Assembly (NCBI GenBank): GCA_032718475.1
Contig: JAUCBJ010008427.1
Location: 1 to 64,000 of the forward strand
Source: Nemertoderma westbladi
Lineage: Eukaryota > Animalia > Xenacoelomorpha
DNA: 64,000 nucleotides
Reading direction: 5' to 3'
The notes beneath the pieces are model-generated. The model did not search any database. It was not told the origin of the DNA and saw only the letters and a list, made by a program, of their open reading frames with translations. A program made the position numbers and the translations under genes. Shown piece by piece: positions 48,517 to 62,899 of the stretch (within the stretch, counting starts at the first letter, position 1; each line of letters starts with the position of its first letter).

Positions 48517-49580
48517 TACAGTATATTGTGTATTTACATTTTTTTCCATAGATTAGATTTTATTAATAATATCTATGATATATCTGTGATAAATAATTAC
48601 ATTTTACTATCTGTACAGTCAATTTGCCCCGCCTGGGGGCGTACATTATTATATACAATAATAACATCATGGTTGCAATTGCGAGAACAACGTGGCAGAT
48701 GCGATCAAAGTTATGAGAGTTGCAGTCTGGTAGATATTCTTGTGAAATCATTTCATTCGGAGTGACCAACGGATTCTTCCCAGTACTAGTAGTAGTTTGT
48801 TCCGGTTGATCGAGCCGTGATACATAACAGTCAACTAGGTAATTTATCTTTGAACCAGAGACACCCGCCAGGTCCCACTCGTTGAAGGCACACTATTGAG
48901 TGAGTAACAATCACCACGACATGTTGCCCCACAATGGGCGAGCAGGTATCAATGAACATTCTGCAATGTAAATACATTCTTCGGGGTTAACTTGGTAATT
49001 TAGAGGGGCATACCGCAAGGCTTATGCCAGACCACCCATTCCCAAACTGTAACACTCATAGATAGAACTTGACTGTACTTGATGGTACTTGACTTAATTG
49101 TTATCTGTCTTTTGTGATTTCTAGAATGTTTACAGTTGTATATAAAAAAAAGTACATAAAAACAAGCAATTGGCAATTCATATGCAATGCTTGTATAGAA
49201 TCATGCTTTGAATAATGAGGTTAAATATTCTAGAGATCAAGCGTAGTTAGAGTATCGCATCATTCATTCAGATCTGGAAATATCCAATTATTGTAATTTT
49301 ATATAGAGCTGGGTCTTGATTATAATTTTAAATTAGGTATTACAGCATTCTAAATAGCAAGAAGGCCGTGATAAAAACTCAACAAATAACTTATGATCTA
49401 TTCATACACAAAGTCGCATCTGATCGTGCTAAAAATATTAATTTCCTCCGCTCCCATGACAAATTTAGCCTCTTACTTTGATATTTTGTGATTTTATATA
49501 TAATTTAATTATTTACCTAAACACGAAATAGGCTTAGCTGTCTTATATATAGATTATATATATACTATTTACTGAAATGT

Positions 49581-50470
49581 TCATTCAGAATTATCATCCA
49601 TTAATACACAAGAGCCGTCATACAACTGGCTGCGCATGCCCACACAGTTGAATGCGCATGTTTGTCTACTTTCCTGGTAAAATTCAATTAGAAGCCATTT
49701 CCACTGGGTTTTGGCTGGACCATACACCCCGACATCAAGTGCTTGGCGTTGGAGTGCATGTGATGTATGAGGAGGTAGGTAGATTATATGTATTTTGTTA
49801 GCTTTATCTTTCAAAGCTGTATTATAACTTAGGTGAAACCCATGGCCATCATAGAACAGTACCACAACCACACTGCCAGATTATTGGGGGTGTCAGTCAC
49901 AGCTGGTATAAACAATTAAACATAACAATAAAGTACCTCTCCAATTGGAACTCCCCCATCCACCCAGATTCAGTACAGTTATAGCAGCACTCCATGAAGG
50001 ACCATTGACGTCCTAGGTATTCCAGAAGTTACAGCCCTTGAAAATAACATTGTAGATTATATATCTACCATTTGCACTACAACAAAACAACACTGTATAC
50101 ATGTCCCTTGCCTTCTGTTGGTTGCAAGTAGTTGCTACTTTTCACTTTTCTTCTATGGAACATATCAGTTCCAAAACAAAAGTTCTGGCATTATTTCTTT
50201 GATCAATGCCATAACTCCTTATATGCTTCTGCAAAAGGGACTTTGCATGAGCCACAGTAACACTCTCCTCTTCTCTAATGCCAAACCCCCGAGGTGATCT
50301 TTCCAATGATCATGGAAAACCCAAAGCCAGTCATCCCCTGCGTTGTCATTAGGAAACACACCTGTCCTTCCAGTAGTTTGAAGATATGAATTTACAGCTA
50401 CTTTGATCATCCATTGGTGATTGGCCAGCCAAAGTCACCACAACATTGAATAGCAACAACGACAGAACTA
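49581..50470 (-). pseudogene. pogo/Tigger-like DDE_1 transposase remnant
   Basis: LFYDGHGFH, LPPHTSHALQ..LDVGVYGP.K..W and an upstream CENP-B-type HTH-like segment GDDWLWVF. Confidence 0.8.
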
Positions 50471-50619
50471 GGTAACCTTTATTAATTCGGGATACCTTCC
50501 ACTTCCAAACTGCTCTAGCTTTTTAACCCACTTTGTTCCTAATCCTATCCACCACTGCAATGTAGTTCTACTGAAGAGAGTCTTAGAGAGATAAAATGTA
50601 AGAGATAAAATATTTATAG

Positions 50620-50810
50620 TCATTAATTCAGATTGACCCAGACCAAAACGAAACTCAATGAATTTAATGTAAAGTACAGCCTAAAGAACGAGAAACAATC
50701 TCAATTAGATTCTCTCTTGGTCGAGTGGATAGTTGATGGGATACTGCCATACCATACTGTTTCCAACGAACATTTTAAATTGTTAATGAACTGCTTAAAT
50801 CCTCGATACA
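50620..50810 (+). pseudogene. hAT transposase fragment (pre-catalytic dimerisation region)
   Basis: WIVDGILPYHTVSNEHFKLLMNCLNPRY. It probably continues at 58450-59000. Confidence 0.7.
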
Positions 50811-51247
50811 TATACGAACGCTAACATAAGAACGCGGATCCTATTAAAATCACCACAACCGATGACTTAGATTCCATCAACCTATCCCAAGGACACCCTA
50901 TCGGTTCCAACGAATGGCAGAAGAGTAATAACAAGTCTAAAACCCGTAGCAGCGCTAGGACGCGACTCGGTACCGGTACCCATACACACTTACACAGGCA
51001 GTTTCGGAAACTAATTCACAAACCGCTACCGAAGATAATGGGTCGATCAGTAACTAATCGGGTAATTATCTGAATATATTATAGGTTTACTAGGATGAAC
51101 ATTACCTTATCCTTGTTTATAAGTGCACTGTATGTTCTACATGTTTATATTTTCAGTACAGGGCTAGTCATTCAGTCAGTGGTGTCGGGTTCACAATTAA
51201 AAGAAACGGTTTTAGTAAAGTAGACTTCTCTTTCTTTTAATCATCTC

Positions 51248-54200
51248 ATGTCTGTCTCATTTCTAAATCCTCACACCTCCATCTCGAACCATTCTCGCCC
51301 CATCTTACCATCCCTTCCTACTCCTGCTTGCAGATCATGTCATTTTTGTTTCTCAAAGCTCGAACTTACCGATCCAAAATTTTTGTGTAGTCAGTGTAAT
51401 AATATTTTCCATATACCATGCGGCACATGTCTCTCTGCTCAAGAAGTTACTACCACACAATGGCCTTTAATATGCTACAATTGTCATTGTGACACTTTTC
51501 CATTCTCTTTTATCGACGTAAATGATTCTGATGTGTTTGAACCAACCCATGGGGATGGGTCTACTCCAACCCCGGAGGATGACCTATCCACATCGGGTAT
51601 CTTAAACCAAACATTTAGTAGCTTAGACCCCGATAGTAATTTAATTAATTTAAATATTGACAAAGGTTATTATTCAGAAGGTAAATTTAATAGTGAATTC
51701 TCTAACCTAAAAAAATCACCATCGCTATCCATTTTTAACTTGAACTGTAGGAGTCTATCATCCAATTTATCCGCTATAACTGATTTTTTATTGACTATTA
51801 AATCTCAATTTGACATTCTGACATTCACTGAAACCTTTGCAAGTGACGACGACTGTATTAACCCTATAAAACTGGACAAATATGGCTATGCTGACCCCTT
51901 TCTAGACAACAGGACCACTGGTAAACTCCACAGAGGTGGCGCTGCGATTTATGTAAATAAATCACTTGACACGACCGAGCGGGTTGACCTAAAAATGCCG
52001 GGCCTTGAAAATTCATGGATCCAAGTCTCCCGCCTAAACTCAAAACCACTTATAATAGGCTCTATATACCGCCCCGATCCAGTCCATCTTGATACTTTTC
52101 TCCCTAGTCTAGAAACTACATTAAAGAATCTAACTGACCACAAATACGATGTAATAATTACAGGTGATTTTAACATAGATCTACTAAAAGCGATGGAACT
52201 CAAGCCCAAACAATATATAGATTTAATTAATTCATATGGTTTCGTTCAGCTTATTAATCAACCCACACGTGTAACTCCTTATTCTGAAAGTCTTATCGAT
52301 CATATTATTACTAACATTACTACTTCATTTTCCTCGTCAGGTGTTTTTCAATTAAAAATAGGCACTACAGATCACTTTCCGACCTTTTGTATTTTTCAAA
52401 AATATTCAGTTCACTTTAATCCCCAAAAAAACCGCACTGTCTTTGACTTTTCAAAATTTAACTCTCCCAAATTTTTGAGAGATATGAAATCACCAGCTTC
52501 GTGGTCGTACTCATCACCAAATATACCACCGAAAGAAAAATTTGAGTGTTTCTATAGCAACCTATCGGATATATGTACTAAACATATTACAAAAAAAACA
52601 ATCCCCACCCAGAAAGTGCCGCGTAAACCTTGGATGACCAATAATTTAATAAATTGCACAATTAAAAAAAATAAATTGTATAAGGCTTATATTAAGTCAC
52701 CATCGGAGTCCAACCATAGAAAGTACAAAATTTATAGGAATCAATTGACCTCAACTTTACGTTCAGCTGAGAAAACTTATTATTCAACGCAATTCAAACA
52801 AAACAGTAATAACCCGCGTAAAACTTGGATAATTATAAATAGCGCACTCAATAAATCTACTAAATTAGCTACACCTAAAAAAATTAATATTCGTTCAGGC
52901 AGTGCTACAGAAACAGTTACAGATCCAACGCGTATTGCAACCATCTTGAATAAGCACTTTTCTTCTATTGGTCCTACGCTGGCCAATGAAATCCCGCGCT
53001 CTATACGCTCACCACTTAGGCACATTAAAAATAGCAGATCTAATTCATTTTCCCTCTCCGAAACTTCCCCGGTAGAAGTCCAGTATTACCTGTTACACTT
53101 AAACCCTAACTCTGCTTCTAATGACAACTTTCCGACTAAACTTTTACGGCTAGCGGCTGAACCTCTATCTACTCATCTAAGTTATTTAATAAACCTATCA
53201 ATCTCCCATGGCTTCTATCCAACAACTCTCAAGTCCGCTAAAGTTATTGCTTCCTTCAAAGGGGGCGATCCTACCGACCCCAATAACTTTAGGCCAATAT
53301 CAATACTACCTGTATTAACTAAGATATACGAACAAATAATTGCCTCTCAACTCCAGTCTTATATTACTAAATTTTCTATCCTTACGACATGTCAATATGG
53401 TTTTAGACCTAAAACTTCAACTTCCCACGCTTTACTTTCTGTGCTAGAACACATCCGCAAAGCACTAGATGATAAACATTCTACATGTGCAATATTTATA
53501 GACCTTAGGAAGGCCTTTGATACTCTCAACCACAAAATCCTATTAGACAAACTCGATGCATACGGTATCAGAGGCCTTCCTAATCAACTAATAGAAAGTT
53601 TTTTGTCTAACCGAACACAATCAGTTGTTATTGACGACTGCTCATCCCCCCTGAACCTATAACTTGTGGTGTTCCTCAAGGATCTACCCTGTCACCACTT
53701 CTATTCCTACTCTACATTAATGACCTTCCTAACGCCACTAACCTAATATCTACTCTATTTGCGGATGACACTACTCTATATAAATCCAGTAAGGACTTAC
53801 ACCATCTCATCTCAAGCACTAACTCTGAACTAGACAAAATATCTGATTGGCTAATCGACAACCGACTATCTCTCAACTTGAAAAAGACTGAATACACCTT
53901 TTTTTCTAACACAATCGATAAAGCGTCTACACAGTTACCCATACTGCATATAAAATCTAGCACCATTACATATACAAATTTTACAAAATTTCTGGGTATC
54001 TGGGTGGACAAAAACTTATCTTGGAAAGCTCATGTCAATTACGTGACTAAAAAGATATCAAGGAATTGCGGTATCTTCTACAAACTACGACATATATTTC
54101 CCCTACATATACTACGTCAACTCTATTTTAGCTTAATACACCCCTACCTAAACTATGGACTTCTACTCTGGGGAAGCGCCCATGCTTCCACTCTAAAACC

Positions 54201-54603
54201 CTTGAGAATAAAAATAAACAAACTACTCAGATGCATAACATTTAGTCACTGGCAAGAATCTTCAGTACCTTTATACAAATCATTAAATATTCTTCCTTTA
54301 CATCTTCTTTTCAAACATCAGGTTGCCGTTTTCATGTATGATATCCACAATCACAATATTAGCCCGGCATCTGATCTCGGTCAATTGTTTAAGAAAACCG
54401 CAACCATTCACTCTCATAATACCCGGTCAGTTACACAAAATAAATTTTATCTGCCTCTATGTAGACTCACAGTAGCACAACGATCCATGAGTTTTCTAGG
54501 CCCCACAATCTGGAACGATATCCCCTACCATATACGACAATATCTAACAAAGCAATGCTTCTCGAAGCATTACAAAAGATTTTTAATAGCCAACATGATT
54601 TGA
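51248..54603 (+). pseudogene. CR1/L2-group LINE ORF2: PHD finger, APE endonuclease, RT; one frameshift near 53650 (element about 50810-54725, 5'-truncated)
   Basis: C4HC3-type finger. NLNCRSL, TET, GGAAIYV, IYRP, GDFNID, IDH, DH. NFRPIS, QYGFR, DLRKAFD, GVPQGS, FADD, KFLG. Confidence 0.93.
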
Positions 54604-55023
54604 TAAATTAATCACGACAGACTAGACATTGACTAGACTACAAATATTAATAAATAAATTAATACTTTCATCTCCCCATAGGATTGCGCCACAGATTAGA
54701 GCAACTCGAGTCAAACATAAACTAAAATTCGTAAGTTGGAACTTACGAACATTTAAACATGTGCAAGTACCACGCCCACGACACCCCCCCACGCCCGCCC
54801 CACCCCTCCCATCCCCTTTCCACCGCCCAAGCCCCCATCTAATTTCACGTAATTTCTATATTACAGGGGTTTTCGAATATGCTTAATGCAATGGAAATCT
54901 TTAAAATTTGTGAAAGTGACTAGAAATGGTGCTTTTCAGGGGTGCAGCTAACACCAAAAATATAAAATCCTCAAAAATTTTGAAAGTCAAATGACCACAA
55001 CTCGGACTCGGAATATAGAGCTA

Positions 55024-55738
55024 CTGAATACAACTAATGATATTGCCAACTATTGTTTTTAGGAAAAATTGTGTTTTTCGGGGGTCAACGAAAAATGAAA
55101 AGGGCAAGTAACCTGAAATTTTCAAAATATGAAAGTATCTGCAAACCACACAAATTCTAGTGAAACCAGGTTTTTTGTGCTCCTGAATATGACTAATGAT
55201 ATTGCAAACTATATTGTTTTTTAGGAAAAATAGTAATTTTCGGGGGTCACACGCAAATGAAAAGTGCAAGTAACCTGAAATTTTCAAAATATGAAAATAT
55301 CTGCAAACCCCACAAATTCTAGTGAAACCAGGTTTTTTGTGCTCCTGAATATGACTACTGATATTGCAAACTATTGTTTTTAGGAAAAATAGTAATTTTC
55401 GGGGGTCACACGCAAATTAAAAGTGCAAGTAACCTGAAATTTTCAAAATATGAAAATATCTGCAAACCCCACAAATTTTAGTGAAACCAGGTTTTTTGTG
55501 CTCCTGAATATGACTATTGATATTGCAAACTATTGTTTTTAGGAAAAATAGTAATTTCCGGGGGTCACACGCAAATGAAAAGTGCAAGTAACCTGACATT
55601 TTCAAAATATGGAAGTATCTGCAAACCCCACAAATTCTAGTGAAACCAGGTTTTTTGTGCTCCTGAATATGACTATTGATATTGCAAACTATTGTTTTTA
55701 GGAAAAATAGTAATTTTGGGGGGCACACGCAAATGAAA
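55024..55738. repeat. ~160-bp tandem array (about 4.5 copies) downstream of the Transib transposase
   Basis: Visible periodicity of about 159-162 bp. Confidence 0.9.
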
Positions 55739-55870
55739 TATTATTTATGTTATTATATTAGTTTGCAAAAAATATATATATAATATACAGGAAAAAGCAA
55801 ATCAATCATCTCATCATCTTCTCCTTGTATCACTCATGGACCACTCATTAATTAAATCAAAATTGTCATC

Positions 55871-57842
55871 TTAGAATATACTGGAATGATCAAATGGTCC
55901 AAGCAAATCAACATCAGCCGGCAAAGATTTGGGTTTAACTTTGAAGTGTTGTTTACGGAGAGCAGTGATTATGGGATCAGAAGTACATAGTGGCCGATTT
56001 ACAATATCCTCATTCGTCATTGACCGCGATGATTTTCGCGTAAAGTTCTCCCTATATCGCTTAATATGTTTGTTCCTCGCCTCTTGTGCCTCTTCACTAT
56101 ACATTCCGATTGGGAGGGACAATGAATCAATAGCCAAGTGCCCATGAAGCAGAGTGCGATGTAATGACATAGGCATGTAATACCACGGAAAAAGACACAT
56201 ATTCCTCAGCAGTTCCAAGCGCATAATGTTTGAACAATGTTGAGTTGACTTTAAAACCACAAGATTAGAACTGTATGGAGGCGCTCAATAAAACTTTCAT
56301 TTACTCCTAATATTGCGGCTGTTGTTTTAGAATTTTGAAAGGCCTTTCAGGCTGTGTTACCATCGTTGGAATTCCCAGAACCTCCTTGTTTTGGATGGTC
56401 AACTATGAGACCCAGTTCTCTACGAAATTCTTCTTGAATCCTTTGTTTTTCTTGTTTGACAATTATCTTATCGGATGGAGTCCTAGCAGCCCATTTCTTC
56501 GTTTTAAGTTTATATACTATATGCAAAATGCATTCAAAAAACCGGATCCATTGATGTAGGATAGACAGTCCATTGTGGTACATTGAAGTTTTTTTTGAAA
56601 CTGCTCTTGACTGTACTTCATCCAATTTGTTCATCTGCTTTGGTGTCGCACCACATACAGTACAGCATTAGCTACCATCAGTCATATCAGACAGCGCAGT
56701 GTGAATTTTTCCATCTATCATAGTAACATCTATAATATTAGTTACTGGTACATTTCTGCCATTTATTACAATATTTGTATCTCTCCGAGCAGAAATCTCT
56801 CCAGCCAAGTGAGCATCTTCAGCTATAATCCTTTCCTTAGTTTCTTTTGAAAATTCAAAACGTATAGGCCGACAATACATGGTAGATGAAGGATGTTTAT
56901 TTTTCCAAATGATTAGTCTGTCACTGCCTTCACCAAATGCACATAATTCGAGTGGGACAAGGCAAGTAACCAACAAACTAGAGTCATCAATGTCGTTTCT
57001 GTCAGCTGTGAGTTGCTTATAGTTACTCTGCCCAGAGCCATCCATCAAACCCAGCTTTTGATCGCAGTGACATTCGCAAAATACCACCACTTGAGTTTCT
57101 TGATTGTAAAACCTCCTCATTGGCCAAACAAATTCTCTGAGTCATATGGTCCAAAAGACTGGTCCAAGAAGTGGTATTGAAGCTCCAAGATCATTGCACT
57201 CTATTCCATCTGGGTAACAACATTTCTTCTTAGCAGAAAGAATATAATTGTATGGAGGGTAAAGGCTGACTGATTTAGTCTTAGCATGGTTTCTCAATAA
57301 TTGATAAGTAGATTTGGTCATGTTACCATCCAACAGCAGAGCAAGTCCTTCATCTGGAGATGTAAGTGATGATATTCCATCAGATTGAAGTGATGCTGAA
57401 ATCGCAGCTATTAGGGCTGGAGTTGAGAATTCCTCTGTCATTTCATGGATTTGTCTATGCTTTGTTCTTGATGACGAACCATCAAAGTCTAATACCTGTC
57501 GCCCCATAGCAGATGACTCTTCGACAACAACTATACAGGAAGACTGAAGACCACTTGAAGACTGTACTGGAGTAACTGGAACAGCTGTTAATGATTCACC
57601 ATCAAGAAACACACCACCTAACCAACTTTCATTATTATTTTCAAATCTTGGACAATATCGGTTGGCAGCTTTCCACCTGCTTCTGTAATTTGACAGAAAC
57701 TTAATCAGTTGCTGTTTAACGGCGTCCTTTTTGGAGCTGCTGGATGTTTCTCTATTACGAGGAGAAATAATGATACCAAATCATTATCAGGTTTACCCAG
57801 AAGTGATTGTTTAATATGGTCGCGGAGAAATCTTCTAAACAT
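55871..57842 (-). pseudogene. Transib (RAG1 core-like) transposase, frameshifted
   Basis: YPPYN, MDGSGQSNYKQ, PSSTMYCRPI, TMIDGK, GLSILHQWIR, GNSNDGNTA, WYYMP..LH..LLHG, SEEAQEARNK, SDP. Confidence 0.92.
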
Positions 57843-58409
57843 GGCTGACTTTAATAACTATGGTTAATAAATGTGATAAAACAATTCTGGAATTCTAATA
57901 AATAAATCTGTTTGAATTAATTAATCTACAGAAATTACCTACATTAGTAAAATATGTATTAGGCCCTTCCCTACCTACTTACATTATTTAGTAAATAACA
58001 GACTGACAGATGCAGTCAGCATCATTGTATAAACTCAAATCTTTGTAAATGTGTTAGCACTACCGACCGCCTACCATTTTTGAATTAAATCTTCAAATAA
58101 TTATACAGTAAGTACAGTATTAAGTAAAATGGTAGGATAATCCCAGCAGTAAGAAAAGGCACCGGTAGGCACACTGCAGCTTGAAAACATTTGGAGATAG
58201 GCCTAATGCCAACAACCGGTCAGTCTCTACAGAAAACTGAAAGTATTACCGGTAGGCCTACCCCAACAAAGGCGTACTATATACTAGGCCATGCCATCGA
58301 GTTAACTGGGGGTTATTTTCAAAAATATGAAAAAAAAAAATTTTGTCTGGTTGCTCGGATCTTGGGAACATTTTGTGATGGTTAAAATTAAATTTTAACA
58401 AAACATTTT

Positions 58410-58447
58410 TTTGGGACTTTTGGCCGCATCTGGACCACTGTGCACTG
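58410..58447 (-). repeat. Transib 5' TIR (CACAGTG...) with adjacent CACTG target-like 5-mer
   Basis: Minus strand from 58442 reads CACAGTG GTCCAGATGCGG CCAAAAGTC. The flank CACTG is at 58443-58447. The opposite TIR was not found. Confidence 0.7.
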
Positions 58448-58449
58448 TG

Positions 58450-59000
58450 CCACGCGATAATCATTTTCAAACAATTATGATGCCAAATTTGTATAATAAA
58501 GTTGCTGGGAAAACACTAGAACAAGTTATAACAGGATGACGATAATTTAGTTTTCTGTGTAACTATGGATATGTGGTCTTCCGAAAAAGTTGAAAGCTAT
58601 ATAAGTTTCACTATCCACTATATTAATAAATATTGGGAGAGAAAGGCAGTTGTTATAAGCTGCATGCCCTTTCCTGGTAAACATGACTCCTACGCAATTG
58701 CTGATATTGTATCGCAATCGTTTCAATTGTGGGGAATTTCCCTTGATCAGTTACATTTGATGTATCATGACAATGTTATGAATGTTGTAAAAGCTGGTAA
58801 AAAACTGATGGTTGCCAATGTAGGTTGTTTCACTCATATCCATGTTGGTGGCCTTGCTATCGAAGATGTTAAAGAGGTCAAAGACGTTATTAGCAAATTT
58901 CAGAAGATTGTAGCTTTCTTCAAAAAGAGCCCCAAGGCCTTGGATGCGCTGAGATATTCTCAGTTAATCGAAGGGAAGGATCAGCAAGTTCTTAAATTGC
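58450..59000 (+). pseudogene. hAT transposase catalytic-core fragment
   Basis: DMWSS..SYISFTIHYI..W, FPGKH, HDNVMNV, GCFTH, FFKKSP. Confidence 0.85.
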
Positions 59001-59254
59001 AAACTGCAAACAACCAACAGGGAAATACAAAAGATACAGAAAAGAAAGGGAATATTAGTGGGAAATTTGAAACTTATAATATTATCATTCAGCATTATAC
59101 TGTATGTACCTGAGGAAGAACTGTACTACAGTTTGAAAGCTCGTACCTACCATAACTATTATTTTCCCTTATTTGTGGGTGAAGACCTTTTTATATATAA
59201 ACTATAGTATTATATTTACCCCATGTTTCATATAATGTATTTCTTTCAAATGAT

Positions 59255-59680
59255 ATGACACACTTCTTACAACCATTGGATGTTACATTTTTTCGACCTG
59301 TGAAAAACAGTTGGAGAAAGATTGTAGATACTTGGCAGCAAGAGAGTCGAGTGCATGGAAACATTCACCATAACCAATTCCCTGCACTGTTGAAAACAGC
59401 AGCAAACTTCAGGGCTGGTGTTGCTGCTCTGCTGGAGCAATACGCCACTCCAGCATCCAAACCATCACGGAAGTGGGGACACAAACTACCAGCTGGGAAA
59501 GCAGCAACTCAGAAAGATGTTGAAGCTCTTTGTGAGGATGCAGAAGCTGCTAAGAAAAGAAAAGCAAGCAAACCAATGAATGCAAGCAAGGACACAGTTG
59601 ACCACCAAGCTCAAGAACCTCAACCTGTGACCAGTGCTATTATCCAAGCTGCTGATAATGATTTGTGTGGAATGTCATAA
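59255..59680 (+). pseudogene. pogo-like transposase C-terminal remnant
   Basis: THFLQPLDVTFFRPVKNSW. Subterminal GGYGACWTGGATA-like repeats at about 59870-60135. Confidence 0.7.
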
Positions 59681-60310
59681 AGTTAATCCTCCAAATAGTC
59701 GCAAGGGCTATTCTGTCACCAGGGGAGACTGTGAGAACAGCAATGTGAGTACAATTGACCATTGATCTTATGTGAAGATTAAAGGAGGGGAAACTGCCCT
59801 ACTGAATTGTGTGATTGTATTGTAGGCTACCTATTGTAGGCTATATTGTAGGTACCATCAACAGGGGTGGGGTGACTTGGATAGTTTTGAGCACTTTTAG
59901 TCATTTTTTATATGTATCCATTTAGTGTTACAGACTGGAATTTTGACATTATACCAAATGGCATATTGGCTATCCAAATACCTTAGCTTATCATACATCA
60001 ATCAGTATAAACCTTTGTAGGATTTTTCAGCCCCGAAAATTATCCAATTCGCCCCAGAGATTGAGGCGACATGGATAATTCAATTCATGTTTACAAAATA
60101 TCCATTTAAACCAGTACTGGGTTGACTTGGATAAAAAAATTACATTTTTAAAAAATGCAGAAAAAAATTAAATCCAATGTGCAGCAACAAATAACCTTTT
60201 AGTACATGTATACTGAAAATCTACTACAATTTATAAACAAGTAAATTGAAACAAATAAAACTGTTACATATCCTAGTTTTACTCTACTAGTTTCTAGTCT
60301 CTAGTTATTT

Positions 60311-60436
60311 GTTCACTGAGGCTGAGTTTAGTCTCCTGTTAGTTCACAGAGGAAGAGTTTTGTCTCCCCCTGTTAAATCACTGAGGCAGAGGTTCGTCTC
60401 CCCCTGTTAAATCACTGAGGCAGAGTTTCGTCTCCA
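60311..60436. repeat. short ~30-35-bp tandem repeat (TCACTGAGGCAGAGTTTCGTCTCC..., 4 copies)
   Basis: Visible directly. Confidence 0.8.
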
Positions 60437-61662
60437 AAGGAAGATATTACAAAACGAAATGTACTCTTCACTCTGGCTGTACCACCAAGATTAGTAGGTT
60501 GATTAAGTTTCCTCATTATGGTTTCAAAGCCCTGAATCCCAAATTATTGGGGCTCGGGTATTATGACAGATATCGTATCATTTATTGTAATGCTGGTCTT
60601 CACCCTCTCAGCATTATAAAACATATACTTCCATAGCTTCTAAAGACACACGTATCACCTTGGAAACCAATAGCCAATCACCCTCATTGAGCTCTCTTCC
60701 CTCATCTTCACTCATTGAGCTATCTAAGTCAGTATCGATATGTTAATCGTCTCCATAAGGCTCCTCCAATTCTACATTTGTATCCACTGTCAGTAATTCT
60801 AGGTGAAACAAGAGAAAACTAAACCAAAATGCTAAACCAAGTCACTCAATAATTCTACAGAGGAATGATCGACTATAAACACACAAACATAGGAATCTGG
60901 ATAAAGGGTAACTAAAACTACACTATGCATATGCACTGAGGTACAGATACTATACAAAGTGATAGATAGTCAGTCTACTACTGTAATTATATTCAAACAC
61001 ATCATAATGAAAGTGTATATCTTGACCTGTGTGTTTCTTATCCTTGGCCAAAGAACTCTGAAGCAACTTTGTGGAGTTACTGCAGATGGCCCATACCAAG
61101 CTAGACAATTTCGAGAAACTGTATATGAACTACAGGTATTTGATATCTGTGATACTGGTATTAATGAACATAAGACAATTGACCTTAATCAAAGCTCATC
61201 ACGATTTAACATCAATGTATCAATAATTTCATGATCGAGACTTATTTAATATATATACAAAGGCTGTTGCTTCTAAGAATATCCAATCTGAACTTTGTAA
61301 ACTTAGAGCTATAGGGTTGAAGGTATATAAAAGAGTTTGTACAGTACAACAATGAATAAAAACAACCACCATTAATATATGAGGAACAATAAAAAAATTG
61401 AGACTGCAAATTTGAAAAGTAGCAGGTAAGAATATTAAAGTAACAGTAGGTAACAGAGGTGTTGTAGTATTTAAAGAAGAAAAGGACACATTTCTTTCTG
61501 CAAATGGTGACATGTTGAAATGCTCTTGCAAAATTACTATAGATACTAGAAGACAGCTACTCAACCACAAAACGATCAACTGATCTGCTAGACAATTCCA
61601 GAAGCAATAATATCTGTACTGATAATGACTGAACTGTAATCTATGGAGAAAAATAAACAATA

Positions 61663-62750
61663 TGCTCCAAACTGGCAAACATATTTAACAGTCAAATATT
61701 AAATAAATATGAGTGAATGGAGGCAGTATATATCATATCATCAGTACATATCTTTGAATGATATGATGTATACAACTCGCTGAAGACAGCCGTGTGCATT
61801 ATAAGGCAAGGTTGACTTATTCCAGTCTACTATCACATTACCAACACCACCAATATAAAGAATATAACTATGAAAACCTTATTATTGGATACTAGAAATA
61901 AGAAGAACTTACAAATTTCAAATTACAAATATCTTACTATATTATATCAACCATTCCACCTTCTGAAAAAATTTGTTGTAGCTTGGAGTTCAAACTCTGA
62001 TTCAATTTTTACGATATGAGTTACTTGAAGAGCGAACAAGAAGAAGCAGACACATAGATAATCCTTCATGGTGTTGATGCAACACTTCATGGGGCATCTG
62101 TACTAACTATAAGTTCACTGGATACCGATGTATTCATTGATGCAACACTTCATGGGGCATCTGTACTAACTATAAGTTCACTGGATACCGATGTATTCAT
62201 CTTAGCTATGCAAAGATATCCATGTTTTGCTGCAACACAAATTTAATTAATGGTACTTACACAAACCTAAGATTAACATCCATAGGGCAGACATATTCAC
62301 TCAGCTATCGGTAAAGATGTGGCCAAGGCACTTCCCACTCTCCATGCCCTCAGTAGTGCATATATTACAGGATGTTTTGCTGGGAAAGGCAAGACAATGT
62401 TTTGGAATGCATTGAAGCAAGCAAAGGGGTATGTACATTATGAGTAACCAGACAACCCATAGAAGATAAAACTTTTGCAATTTTGGAAGAATATATTTGC
62501 CAAGTATATCTCCAAGGAACAAAAATTGAAACTAGCAGAGTTAAGGTGATGGCTATTTAAAAAGAAACAAATTCAACTTCCTCCAACTAAAGACACACTT
62601 CAACAATCAACAATATCTCTTAAGATGAATTTACCATTCTATCACGTGGAACAAACACCACATTATGCCTCATCCTAAATCAGCAATTCCATCAAACTTT
62701 GGATGGGAGCAAGACAAAAGTAACAATATGTGGGCTTCCAAAATGATGAA
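61663..62750 (+). pseudogene. Academ-type XPG-like nuclease domain remnant
   Basis: EEADT..ILHG, DTDVFIL, LPTLHALS, FAGKGKT, LAELR.WLF, LPPT and FGW motifs. Internal ~70-bp duplication at 62067-62200. Confidence 0.65.
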
Positions 62751-62899
62751 TGAGAATGTCATGTATATTAGATTTTAGGCCTACATCATACAACAGTATC
62801 GCAACAGTACAGAATAATTGTCATGCCTCCTAATGGCTGATCAGTGATCATGTAATTAAATCTATCTATATATGATATTGGGCGAGCTTATAATTATGT

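Noticed and set aside
55021-55728. Cys/His-containing ORFs 55021..55287 and 55417..55728
   Set aside because: They are translations of the 160-bp tandem repeat.
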